From Pseudomonadota bacterium (GTDB taxonomy: Bacteria; Bdellovibrionota_G; JALEGL01; DATDPG01): 12,474 nt of DNA. Every line of letters begins with the position of its first letter. Position 1 is the first letter of the stretch. The translations under genes and the position numbers were made by a program. The notes beneath the pieces were generated by a model. That model searched no databases, was not told the DNA's origin, and was given only the letters and a program-made list of their open reading frames with translations. The DNA lies in the NCBI GenBank assembly GCA_043804515.1, contig JAZDIZ010000010.1, positions 1 through 12,474 of the forward strand. Direction: 5' to 3'. This document shows positions 1-6,917 of this stretch, piece by piece.

Positions 1-305
1 GACGGTGTGAATACGTCGACCCTGAGAGCGGACGCCGATGCGAAAGCCGCTACCTTCTTGAGTTCGACCATATGGATCCGTACTGCTCGGGTGGCTCATC
101 TAATGAAGAGAACATCAGGCACTTATGCCGGATGCACAATCGGTACCTTGCAGGAACGATATTTCAGTCAGAAGCCAAAATGGTCTCGAGTAGCCCCTGA
201 CTCCGACCGGGCCAGGGCCGCCTCGTTCTCCCCCTAAACAACCCTTCTTCTGCTTGGGACGCGCCGTCGGCGGACTTCGATGCCAGTTTTTCCGCAGCCT
301 GTTAA
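1..305 (+). mobile_element. Left copy (3' part only) of a repeated HNH-endonuclease-carrying element with an IS-like terminus
   Basis: Ungapped inverted match to 12046-12350 (position i pairs with 12351-i), 23 mismatches in 305 nt by manual count. Similarity stops after TTTTTCCGCAGCCTG|TTAA (287-305). Mobility is inferred from the duplication and the terminus; no transposase is seen. Confidence 0.7.
3..200 (+). CDS. HNH endonuclease, C-terminal fragment (5' end outside window)
   Basis: Frame +3, absent from the ORF track because the gene starts upstream of the window, translates to RCEYVDPESGRRCESRYLLEFDHMDPYCSGGSSNEENIRHLCRMHNRYLAGTIFQSEAKMVSSSP*. It shows the HNH signature (DH...GG...N...LCxxHN) with Cys residues typical of zinc-binding HNH domains. 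Paralogue of 12151-12474. Confidence 0.85.
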   Translation, partial: RCEYVDPESGRRCESRYLLEFDHMDPYCSGGSSNEENIRHLCRMHNRYLAGTIFQSEAKMVSSSP

Positions 306-2314
306 TCCTTTGTTCTTTTCTGCTTGAGCCAGTCCAAAATTCGCGCCGTGACCGCCGGGACCGTGAATCCGAATTTTTCCGCCAGCACGTTGTCGGGCGC
401 GGACTCGCCGAACCGGTCAATGCCCAGGATCAGGCCCTCGCGCCCCACGTAGCGGTACCAAAACGCGCTCCGGCCGGCTTCGACGGCCACCGTGGGGATC
501 GACGGGGGAAAAATCTCGCGGCGGTATTCCTCGGGCTGCCGGTCGAATTCCTCGGCGCACAGAAGGGAAACCACGCGGACGTCGAAGCCTCTGGAGCCTA
601 GTTCCCGGGCGGCGCCCATCGCCAGATGCAATTCCGAGCCGGTAGCCGCCAGAATCGCTGCCGGTTTCCGGACTCTCTCGCCCCACACGACGTACCCGCC
701 GCGGAGCGGCTCCTCGAACCGGAGAGAGCCGGGCCGTTCGATGGCGGCGAGCTTCTGCCTTGTCAGGCAGATCACGGAAGGCCCTTCCGACCTTCTGAGC
801 GCCAGGAGCCAGGCAGCGGCGCATTCCAGGGAATCCGCCGGGCGGATCACGTGTAGATTCGGGATAAGCCTCAAAGCGCCGAGTTGCTCGACGGCCTGAT
901 GCGTCGGCCCGTCCTCTCCGAGAAAGACGCTGTCATGCGTGAAAACATATATTGCCGCAAGCCGCGAGAGCGCCGCCAGCCTGATCGAAGGACGCATGTA
1001 GTCCGAGAATGCGAGGAACGTCGAGCCGAAGGGAACCCACCCCCCGTACAGCGCGAGCCCGTTGAGAATCGATCCCATGGCGTGTTCGCGAATCCCGAAC
1101 GCGAGGTTTCTCCCAGCGAAGTCGCCCTTCCGAATCGTGCCGGAGCCGAGGATCTCGGTCTTTGTGGACTCGTTCAGGTCGGCGGCACCGCCGACGAGTG
1201 AGGGACAAGCCCGGGCCACCAGCTGCTGCAATTTCCCGGAGATGTTGCGCGTGGCGTCCGGCATCGGAGGGAGGTTTTTAAGGAATTCGGCGGCCAGATT
1301 CGGATCCACCTTCCTGGCCGCGACGGCGTCCCATTCCTCCGCCAGATCCGGATATTTCGCACGCCAGGCCGCGAACCCCTGTTCCCATTTCCCGCGGAGG
1401 CCTTCGACCTCCAGGGTCCTCGCCCGGAAGACCCCCCGGACCTCCTCGGGCACCAGGAAGAGAGGCTCCAGGGGCCAACCCAGCGCCTTCTTCGTGGCTT
1501 CCACTTCCTCTTTCCCGAGAGGGGTCCCGTGGGCCTTGGACGTGTCCACCCGGTGCGGCGAACCGAACCCGATGTGGGTGCGTGCCAGAATAAGCTGCGG
1601 GCGCCCTGTTTCCGCGCACGCCTCCTCCAAAGCCGCTGCGATCTGGGCGCGGTCATGGCCGTCGATCCTCCGCGTGCCCCAGCCGTACGCCTCAAACCTT
1701 TTGGCGACGTCCTCCGAGAACGCGAGGTCCGTGCTTCCGTCGATCGTGATTCGGTTGTCGTCGTATAGGACCGTCAGGTTTTCGAGTCCCAGGTGTCCCG
1801 CGAGCGAAGCGGCCTCTCCGCTGACGCCTTCCATCATGTCGCCGTCCCCTGCGAGGGCGTAAATGCGATGATCGACCGGCGCGAAGTCGGGACGGTTGAA
1901 TCGGGCCGCCATCATTTTGGCGGCGATCGTCATTCCCACGGCGTTGCCTATCCCCTGCCCGAGAGGGCCTGTTGTGGCCTCTACGCCCGGCGTACGGAAC
2001 GACTCCGGATGCCCCGGCGTCCTGCTCTCCCACTGCCGGAAGCTCTTGAGATCCTCCAGCGTGACACCAAACCCCGCTAAATGAAGGAGTGCATACAGCA
2101 GCATGGAGCCGTGCCCCGCCGAGAGAACGAACCGGTCGCGGTTCGGCCATTTCGGGTCGGAAGCGCTGTAACGGAGGAATCGGTTCCAAAGCACGAACGT
2201 GTAATCCGCGGCTCCCATCGGAAGACCCGGGTGCCCCGAGTTGGCTCTCTCGACGGCGTCCACGGCCAACATACGGATCGTGTTGGCGCAGAGTTTTTCC
2301 AGATTGACGGTCAT
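302..2314 (-). CDS. tkt: Transketolase
   Basis: Motifs [39 protein letters not shown]-binding [16 protein letters not shown] and GEDGPTHQ. Start placed at ATG 2314 (MTVNLEKLC, 670 aa), which overlaps the upstream TGA as ATGA. The ORF track start at 2341 is less likely. Confidence 0.97.
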   Translation of the reverse strand: MTVNLEKLCANTIRMLAVDAVERANSGHPGLPMGAADYTFVLWNRFLRYSASDPKWPNRDRFVLSAGHGSMLLYALLHLAGFGVTLEDLKSFRQWESRTPGHPESFRTPGVEATTGPLGQGIGNAVGMTIAAKMMAARFNRPDFAPVDHRIYALAGDGDMMEGVSGEAASLAGHLGLENLTVLYDDNRITIDGSTDLAFSEDVAKRFEAYGWGTRRIDGHDRAQIAAALEEACAETGRPQLILARTHIGFGSPHRVDTSKAHGTPLGKEEVEATKKALGWPLEPLFLVPEEVRGVFRARTLEVEGLRGKWEQGFAAWRAKYPDLAEEWDAVAARKVDPNLAAEFLKNLPPMPDATRNISGKLQQLVARACPSLVGGAADLNESTKTEILGSGTIRKGDFAGRNLAFGIREHAMGSILNGLALYGGWVPFGSTFLAFSDYMRPSIRLAALSRLAAIYVFTHDSVFLGEDGPTHQAVEQLGALRLIPNLHVIRPADSLECAAAWLLALRRSEGPSVICLTRQKLAAIERPGSLRFEEPLRGGYVVWGERVRKPAAILAATGSELHLAMGAARELGSRGFDVRVVSLLCAEEFDRQPEEYRREIFPPSIPTVAVEAGRSAFWYRYVGREGLILGIDRFGESAPDNVLAEKFGFTVPAVTARILDWLKQKRTKD

Positions 2315-4821
2315 GGCTCGCTTCTTGGTTTCCCGAACCACCTAGTAGCTCGACTCCGTCCGGTTGTCGACCGGGCCCACACGGCGCCCAGCGCCAGGAT
2401 CAGCACGAGAGCGCTCAGAGCGCCTGCGGCGTGCTCGACCCACGTCCGGCGGAAGCGGACGTCGAGCTCCCGCCGATCGGTGAAGACAAGTTGGTAGCAG
2501 GGGCTCACAAGCAGAACGGGATTCTCCCCCTGAAACCACCTCGGAAAATACGTCTGGTGAAGGATCACGGGCACGGGAACCCCAGGCGCCCGGTCCAGCG
2601 TCACGTGAGAACGGTCCCGGCCGAGCTCGGCGTTCCGGACTCGCACGGCGGAATCCACCGGCGTGCGATGCTCTTGAGCCCAGTCCAGAATGCGTCCCAT
2701 CGGTTCCCGGAACCTGCGGCGGAGTTCGAGGGTTCTCGCGGCCATCACGGGACCCCAGGTTTCCCCCGTGCTTCCGGGGTAGGAACTCCTCACCTTGTCG
2801 GCCAGAGACTCCTCGGTTTCATCCGAACGGTACGGCGTCACCACAGCCACGCGATCCGACCCCGCGGTTCGGATCACGCACGCCTCGAGGGGGGAGTCTT
2901 GGTCCAGGAAGAGAACCGGTCTTTCCTTGGCGAAAGCGGACACCCGGCCGCAAGCGGCGTTGAGATCGCGGTATCTAAAATCGGTCACGATCAAGCCGCC
3001 GAAACGGCTCCAATCCATTGGGGAATCCAGCCGTTCCTCGGGACTCAGGACCAGGGGCGGGTCCTCTTGGTTCGAGAAAAACGAATATTCGGCCAAGGAA
3101 AGAAAGTCGTAATCCCCGAACGAAGCCCGCTTCTTCGGTTCCCACCTGGCGTACACAAGAAAAGGCTTGAAACGGGGCACGTGAGCGTAGACGGACATGT
3201 CGGCTTCATCTTTGAACACCGTCCATTGGTGGGAAAAGAGGGTCTGCCGGAATCCCTTCGCCGCTCTCAAGTCGTGCGCCATGGTCGGCATGTGCACGTA
3301 GATCGTCTTGAGGTTCAGGAGGCGGTTCCGTTTCCTGTGCTCCTCCATCGGCTGGTTCCAGAAATCCGGATCGGAAGAGAGCTGGGACGTGATGCCCCAA
3401 ATCGGGTAGCGGGTCTGGGAATAGATGTTGCGGACGGAGTCCGTAAAGAACGAGGCGAGGCTGGCCTCCCGGTAGACCGTTGAGATTCCGAACCCTCCGC
3501 CGTTCCCGATCAACCCGTTGAGGTAAGCCGCCTCGTCGTAACGCCCCCTGACGTTGCTGTGGAAATCGACCGACTCGACCGTGTAGCGGCCGGAAGAAGG
3601 ATTTCGCCCCTCGGCCACCAGGTCCGCGTACTCCGCCGGATTCAGTTGCGAGATCCGGGTGGATTGGAAGAGTCCGTCGGGTTCCCGAAGGTACGGAAAC
3701 CCCACCAGAAGGAAAAAGATCAGGAAACCTACGGCGATCCGGAGGTGTCGGCTCGCGGGGAACTCGAGAAGGCGCACGATTCCGAAGGCAAGAAGGGGGA
3801 TCATCAAGAACAGGCAGGTGATGACGACTCGATGAACCTGAAAGGGGGCGCCTGCGAAGACCCTATCCGCAACAGGAATCAGGAGAAGGCTGCCGGCGAC
3901 GCCGAGACCGATCGGTAACGCGAATCGATGCTTCTTCCTGAACGCCAGCGGGATCGAGATAAGGCCCAGGAGAAGCCACGCCCATTCGCCGGCGGCGAGA
4001 TGCCCCTCCACTTTCAGAATCAACGGTTTTGTAGCCACCCAGCCGTACGTAGCCAGCATCGGCACGTACCAGAACGCGCTCAACCCGAGGCTCCAAAGCC
4101 CGATCGTGAAATACGGCCGGAAAACCGCCCGGAAACCGCGCTCCCGCTCGCCCAACCACTCCATACCGAAGAAAGCGGCGTAAGTGAGAAGCAGGGGGAC
4201 CAGAACGTTCACGTTCGCGAGAAGAACCAGCGTCAAGAGCACGACCAAAGCCCGGTACTTTCCCCGCGAAGAAGCCGGCTCGGGGAGGAGGCAGAAAAAC
4301 AAGAGGAGGAGCCAGAAGGAGAGAAGGTGGGCGTAAAGGCCGATCTGGAATGTCCCCAGGAGAGTCAAACCCCACGAAGCCAGGAATCCGCCCCGCGTCA
4401 GGAGATAGACGGCCAATAGCCCGCCGATTAAAGCGGGACGCCTTCCGCCGAGCCGCAGGGTGCCGAGCAGATAGAAAAGAGTGGGGAGAGTGAACGTCAG
4501 GAAAAGCGCGAGGAGCTTGATGATCGTGGAAATCGAGAAAGGCAGAACGTGATCCAGGAGAGCCACGAACCAGAAAAAGAGCGGATGGTAGAAATTCGGG
4601 AACGGCATTCCCAAAAACCAATGTGGGGTCCAGCCGAACACGGCGGGCCAGACGTGCCGGCTGTACTCTTGGGCCATCGCGAGATGGCTTGCGCCGTCCC
4701 AGCCTCCCAGGACCGGCGTGCGCACGACGTCCCAAAGGAACCTGTGCGCGAGGAGGAACAAACCCGCGATCAGCAGCAACTGATCGAGGAAAAAAGTCTT
4801 GGTGGATAAATGTCGGGCCAC
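2311..4821 (-). CDS. Large polytopic membrane protein, 6-pyruvoyl-tetrahydropterin-synthase-related membrane family (GT-C glycosyltransferase-like)
   Basis: First TM helix followed by GGWDGASH...[18 protein letters not shown], the D-x3-H...W-x-P-x-W-x2-G-x-P...Y-x-P pattern I associate with PTPS_related/GT-C proteins. Then many hydrophobic helices, a large soluble domain and a final TM helix. Start GTG 4821 is inferred, because the longer ORF-track N-terminus is antisense to the cyclophilin gene. Confidence 0.75.
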   Translation of the reverse strand: MARHLSTKTFFLDQLLLIAGLFLLAHRFLWDVVRTPVLGGWDGASHLAMAQEYSRHVWPAVFGWTPHWFLGMPFPNFYHPLFFWFVALLDHVLPFSISTIIKLLALFLTFTLPTLFYLLGTLRLGGRRPALIGGLLAVYLLTRGGFLASWGLTLLGTFQIGLYAHLLSFWLLLLFFCLLPEPASSRGKYRALVVLLTLVLLANVNVLVPLLLTYAAFFGMEWLGERERGFRAVFRPYFTIGLWSLGLSAFWYVPMLATYGWVATKPLILKVEGHLAAGEWAWLLLGLISIPLAFRKKHRFALPIGLGVAGSLLLIPVADRVFAGAPFQVHRVVITCLFLMIPLLAFGIVRLLEFPASRHLRIAVGFLIFFLLVGFPYLREPDGLFQSTRISQLNPAEYADLVAEGRNPSSGRYTVESVDFHSNVRGRYDEAAYLNGLIGNGGGFGISTVYREASLASFFTDSVRNIYSQTRYPIWGITSQLSSDPDFWNQPMEEHRKRNRLLNLKTIYVHMPTMAHDLRAAKGFRQTLFSHQWTVFKDEADMSVYAHVPRFKPFLVYARWEPKKRASFGDYDFLSLAEYSFFSNQEDPPLVLSPEERLDSPMDWSRFGGLIVTDFRYRDLNAACGRVSAFAKERPVLFLDQDSPLEACVIRTAGSDRVAVVTPYRSDETEESLADKVRSSYPGSTGETWGPVMAARTLELRRRFREPMGRILDWAQEHRTPVDSAVRVRNAELGRDRSHVTLDRAPGVPVPVILHQTYFPRWFQGENPVLLVSPCYQLVFTDRRELDVRFRRTWVEHAAGALSALVLILALGAVWARSTTGRSRATRWFGKPRSEP

Positions 4822-4884
4822 GCGGCGGTTCCAAGGGTAGGCGAAGCGTGCTATAGGTGGCAACGGATTCCGACGGAGGAAGCT

Positions 4885-5463
4885 ATGAGATTTTTCCTGT
4901 GCGTTTTGCTGGCGGTGGGTATCGGTGCGCTGCCTGCGGGGTGCACGAAGAAAGCGACGAAAGGCGGCGGGGGACCGGACATGCAAACCAAGAATGAAGC
5001 GGTGATCGAAACTTCGATGGGAACAATCGTGATCGATCTCCTTCCGAATGTGGCGCCGAAGACGGTGGAGAACTTTAAAAAACTGGTGTCCGAAAAATTC
5101 TATGACGGTACGGCCTTTCACCGGGTGATTCCGGGCTTCATGATTCAAGGCGGGGACCCGAACACGAGGAGTCCGAACCGCTCCGAACACGGAAAGGGAG
5201 GCCCCGGCTACACGATCCCGGCGGAGTTCAGCCCAGAGAGGCATACGCGCGGGACCGTTTCGATGGCCCGCAGATCCGATCCGAACAGCGCAGGCAGCCA
5301 GTTCTTCATCGTAATCCAGGATGCTTCCCATCTGGACGGGCAATACACGGTCTTCGGCCGGGTAAAGGAAGGGATGGACGTCGCTGATAAGATCGTCGCA
5401 GTGCCCAGGGATGCCGGCGACAATCCCACCCAGCCGATCCCATTGAAAATTACGCTGCGTTGA
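4885..5463 (+). CDS. ppiA: Cyclophilin-type peptidyl-prolyl cis-trans isomerase, predicted lipoprotein
   Basis: Motifs FYDGTAFHRVIPGFMIQGGDP, SMAR, SAGSQFFI and HLDGQYTVFGRV. GGAGGA RBS (4875-4880) before ATG 4885. Signal peptide MRFFLCVLLAVGIGALPAG-C with lipobox-like Cys20. The family is certain; the symbol (ppiA vs ppiB) is not. Confidence 0.95.
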   Translation: MRFFLCVLLAVGIGALPAGCTKKATKGGGGPDMQTKNEAVIETSMGTIVIDLLPNVAPKTVENFKKLVSEKFYDGTAFHRVIPGFMIQGGDPNTRSPNRSEHGKGGPGYTIPAEFSPERHTRGTVSMARRSDPNSAGSQFFIVIQDASHLDGQYTVFGRVKEGMDVADKIVAVPRDAGDNPTQPIPLKITLR

Positions 5464-5498
5464 GCGCAGGGAGCGCGAACCCGCGGTCCGCCATGATT

Positions 5499-5527
5499 TT
5501 GACTTGAAAGTAGCGGTCGGTCACCAT
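5499..5527 (+). promoter_or_regulatory. Candidate sigma70 promoter pointing into the intergenic structured region
   Basis: TTGACT (5499-5504), 17-nt spacer, CACCAT (5522-5527). The -10 is a weak match. Confidence 0.3.
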
Positions 5528-5637
5528 CAGCCCGTTACGCCGACCGCCACCGATTTGCGCGAGAGAGACGCAGCTCGATTCGTGCCTTGATACACGGCGA
5601 GCGATATTCTGATTTCGTGTCGGGATTCCTCCTTACT

Positions 5638-5658
5638 TTATTGCAATAACAATCATTG
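5638..5658. promoter_or_regulatory. AT-rich palindromic operator-like site
   Basis: Perfect palindrome TTATTGCAATAA (5638-5649) overlapping the imperfect 7-1-7 dyad CAATAAC-A-ATCATTG (5644-5658), in a GC-rich background just before the structured region. Confidence 0.35.
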
Positions 5659-5663
5659 AGTGA

Positions 5664-5875
5664 GTGACGCCGCGCGGAGAGAATATGGAGTGACGGAGAC
5701 GGCAGGGAGGCCCCCAAAGCCGGAGCGCGAGAATCCATCCTGTTGCGGATGGCCAGGAAGGACGCGAGCATTTGGGGTGCCTGCCGACGCCGGCACTCCT
5801 TCTTTGCATGTTGAGCGCGGCGTCACGATGCGCAACCGGCCCTTGTTTGAAACGACAAGGAGGCCCACCTTGCGC
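5664..5875. ncRNA. Candidate structured non-coding RNA (long rod plus second hairpin), family unassigned
   Basis: Nested complementary segments: GTGACGCCGCGC 5664-5675/5815-5826, GGAGTG 5687-5692/5794-5799, CGGCAGG 5700-5706/5780-5786, CCCCAAA 5712-5718/5771-5777, CCATCC 5735-5740/5747-5752. Second hairpin: GCGCAA 5830-5835/5870-5875 and CCTTGT 5841-5846/5855-5860. No convincing ORF here. Strand not determined. Confidence 0.55.
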
Positions 5876-5909
5876 GGTCGGACTTTGTGCCGTTTGAAGA
5901 AGAAAAAAG

Positions 5910-6341
5910 CTAGAATACAAAGCTGACTTTGGAATTTTCCTGCTCGTGCAGGGCCCTACTCAGGTCCGCCTTGCGCGCGACCGTGCCCGCCAGGAGTCTT
6001 CGGGCCTCACGGTCTTGGCACGTGAGGTTTACGCCCACCCGCAGCCAGTACTGACTATCGGCGTAAGTGTCTTCCAGCGCCATCCAGACGACCCGCGCTT
6101 GCGCGGCGACGACCTCCTGGTCATCCACCGGGATCCAAATGTCGAACGGCTTCTCCGAATCAGGAACGATGTCGGTCAAAAGCTGGACGCCGCGGAGGCT
6201 CAAATCCTGGGTCAACCCCTGGCCGAGCCGGAGCGGATGATCGGGATCAACGGCGAACCGCGCGGTGAAATGATGGCTGACCCGGACGCCGGAGCGGCGA
6301 TCCAGATAGGCCTTGGACTCAACGGGGGAAGATGTACTCAT
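5910..6341 (-). CDS. PilZ-domain protein (putative c-di-GMP receptor)
   Basis: RxxxR (RSGVR) and DxSxxG (DLSLRG) motifs, then the ARVVW...VGV pattern of the PilZ barrel. ATG 6341 is preceded by GGAGGAAGAGG. Overlaps the upstream PilZ gene by 23 nt. Confidence 0.85.
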   Translation of the reverse strand: MSTSSPVESKAYLDRRSGVRVSHHFTARFAVDPDHPLRLGQGLTQDLSLRGVQLLTDIVPDSEKPFDIWIPVDDQEVVAAQARVVWMALEDTYADSQYWLRVGVNLTCQDREARRLLAGTVARKADLSRALHEQENSKVSFVF

Positions 6342-6735
6342 CCTCTTCCTCCGCAAGTTCGGGAGGTGGCTCGAGATCTTCCGCGGGATCCTCGTGGTTT
6401 CGCTCGAGGGAGGGGAGGGGCTTTAAAAAACGGACGCCCATTTCGCGGATCTGACGCAGCTCCACGTCCATGGCGGAAATATCACGCCTCCACATTATTT
6501 GGCCCACCATGCGGAGGGGTTCCTCATCAGGCGCGATCGTGACCGTGATCGCGAACCTCTCTCCGACCGTGAGGCTCAAAGCCGTCTCAATCGAGGCCCC
6601 ACTGGTGCTCAAATTCGTGCAAATGGACGACATGTCGTCGTCATGTCCGATTTGCACGGGAAGCTGAACCGGAAATCGGTAGAGTTTCCGTTTTTCAAAC
6701 CGCTCAGTAGGTGCCTGTTCGCGAAAAGAAGCCAT
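6319..6735 (-). CDS. PilZ-domain protein with acidic C-terminal tail
   Basis: RxxxR (RKLYR) and NxSxxG (NLSTSG) motifs, GQIMW...MGVRF, and tail EDPAEDLEPPPELAEEEDEYIFPR. Start is ATG 6735 or TTG 6744. Confidence 0.88.
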   Translation of the reverse strand: MASFREQAPTERFEKRKLYRFPVQLPVQIGHDDDMSSICTNLSTSGASIETALSLTVGERFAITVTIAPDEEPLRMVGQIMWRRDISAMDVELRQIREMGVRFLKPLPSLERNHEDPAEDLEPPPELAEEEDEYIFPR

Positions 6736-6805
6736 AGCGAGCAAATAATCCTATAAAATTACAAAATTTTCCAGTGGTTAGATGCATTTACCCCAGTTGG
6801 CCCGC

Positions 6806-6835
6806 TTTATAACACAAAGCGTCAAAAAGTGTCAA
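6806..6835 (-). promoter_or_regulatory. sigma70-type promoter for the PilZ gene pair
   Basis: Minus strand reads TTGACA (6835-6830), 18 nt, TATAAA (6811-6806), with a TGn extension before the -10. About 70 nt upstream of the PilZ start. Confidence 0.6.
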
Positions 6836-6917
6836 GATCCTAGACAGACCCCGTTGACATTTTGACGCGAAACGTTGTACGAAGCAGGTGTAACAGGGCT
6901 ATTTCAAGGGGGATTTT

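Noticed and set aside
142..185. Variable patch between the two HNH copies as a diversity-generating retroelement TR/VR pair
   Set aside because: Differences are not confined to adenines of one copy (C/T at 146, 147, 185; G/C at 183), and there is no reverse transcriptase in the window.
374..386. TTTTTCCGCCAGC, resembling the element terminus
   Set aside because: It lies inside the tkt coding sequence (LAEKF codons), is short and imperfect, and lacks a YTAR junction. Likely chance.
7..420. ORFs 7-237 (+) and 115-420 (-), and their counterparts 12114-12392 (-) and 11988-12236 (+)
   Set aside because: These are alternative frames of the repeat. They look conserved only because the DNA is duplicated; the HNH frame carries the recognisable motif and the synonymous changes.
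2431..4834. Long overlapping ORFs such as 2431-3483 (+) and 3863-4834 (-), and similar ones over tkt, the activator, degP and NPP
   Set aside because: Arg/Pro/Gly-rich shadow frames expected in high-GC coding DNA, with no domain motifs.
4822..5343. N-terminal ~174 aa of the 1010-aa ORF
   Set aside because: It is mostly the antisense shadow of the cyclophilin gene. Membrane-protein character begins only near GTG 4821.
5745..5770. CCAGGAAGGACGCGAGC as SRP (4.5S) RNA helix 8
   Set aside because: It lacks the CAGG-stem-GNRA-stem-AGCAG arrangement of SRP RNA.
5535..5926. Short ORFs in the ppi-PilZ gap (5535-5771, 5633-5920, 5653-5868, 5660-5926)
   Set aside because: No recognisable motifs, mutually overlapping, and the region is better explained by RNA secondary structure. 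A small peptide cannot be fully excluded.
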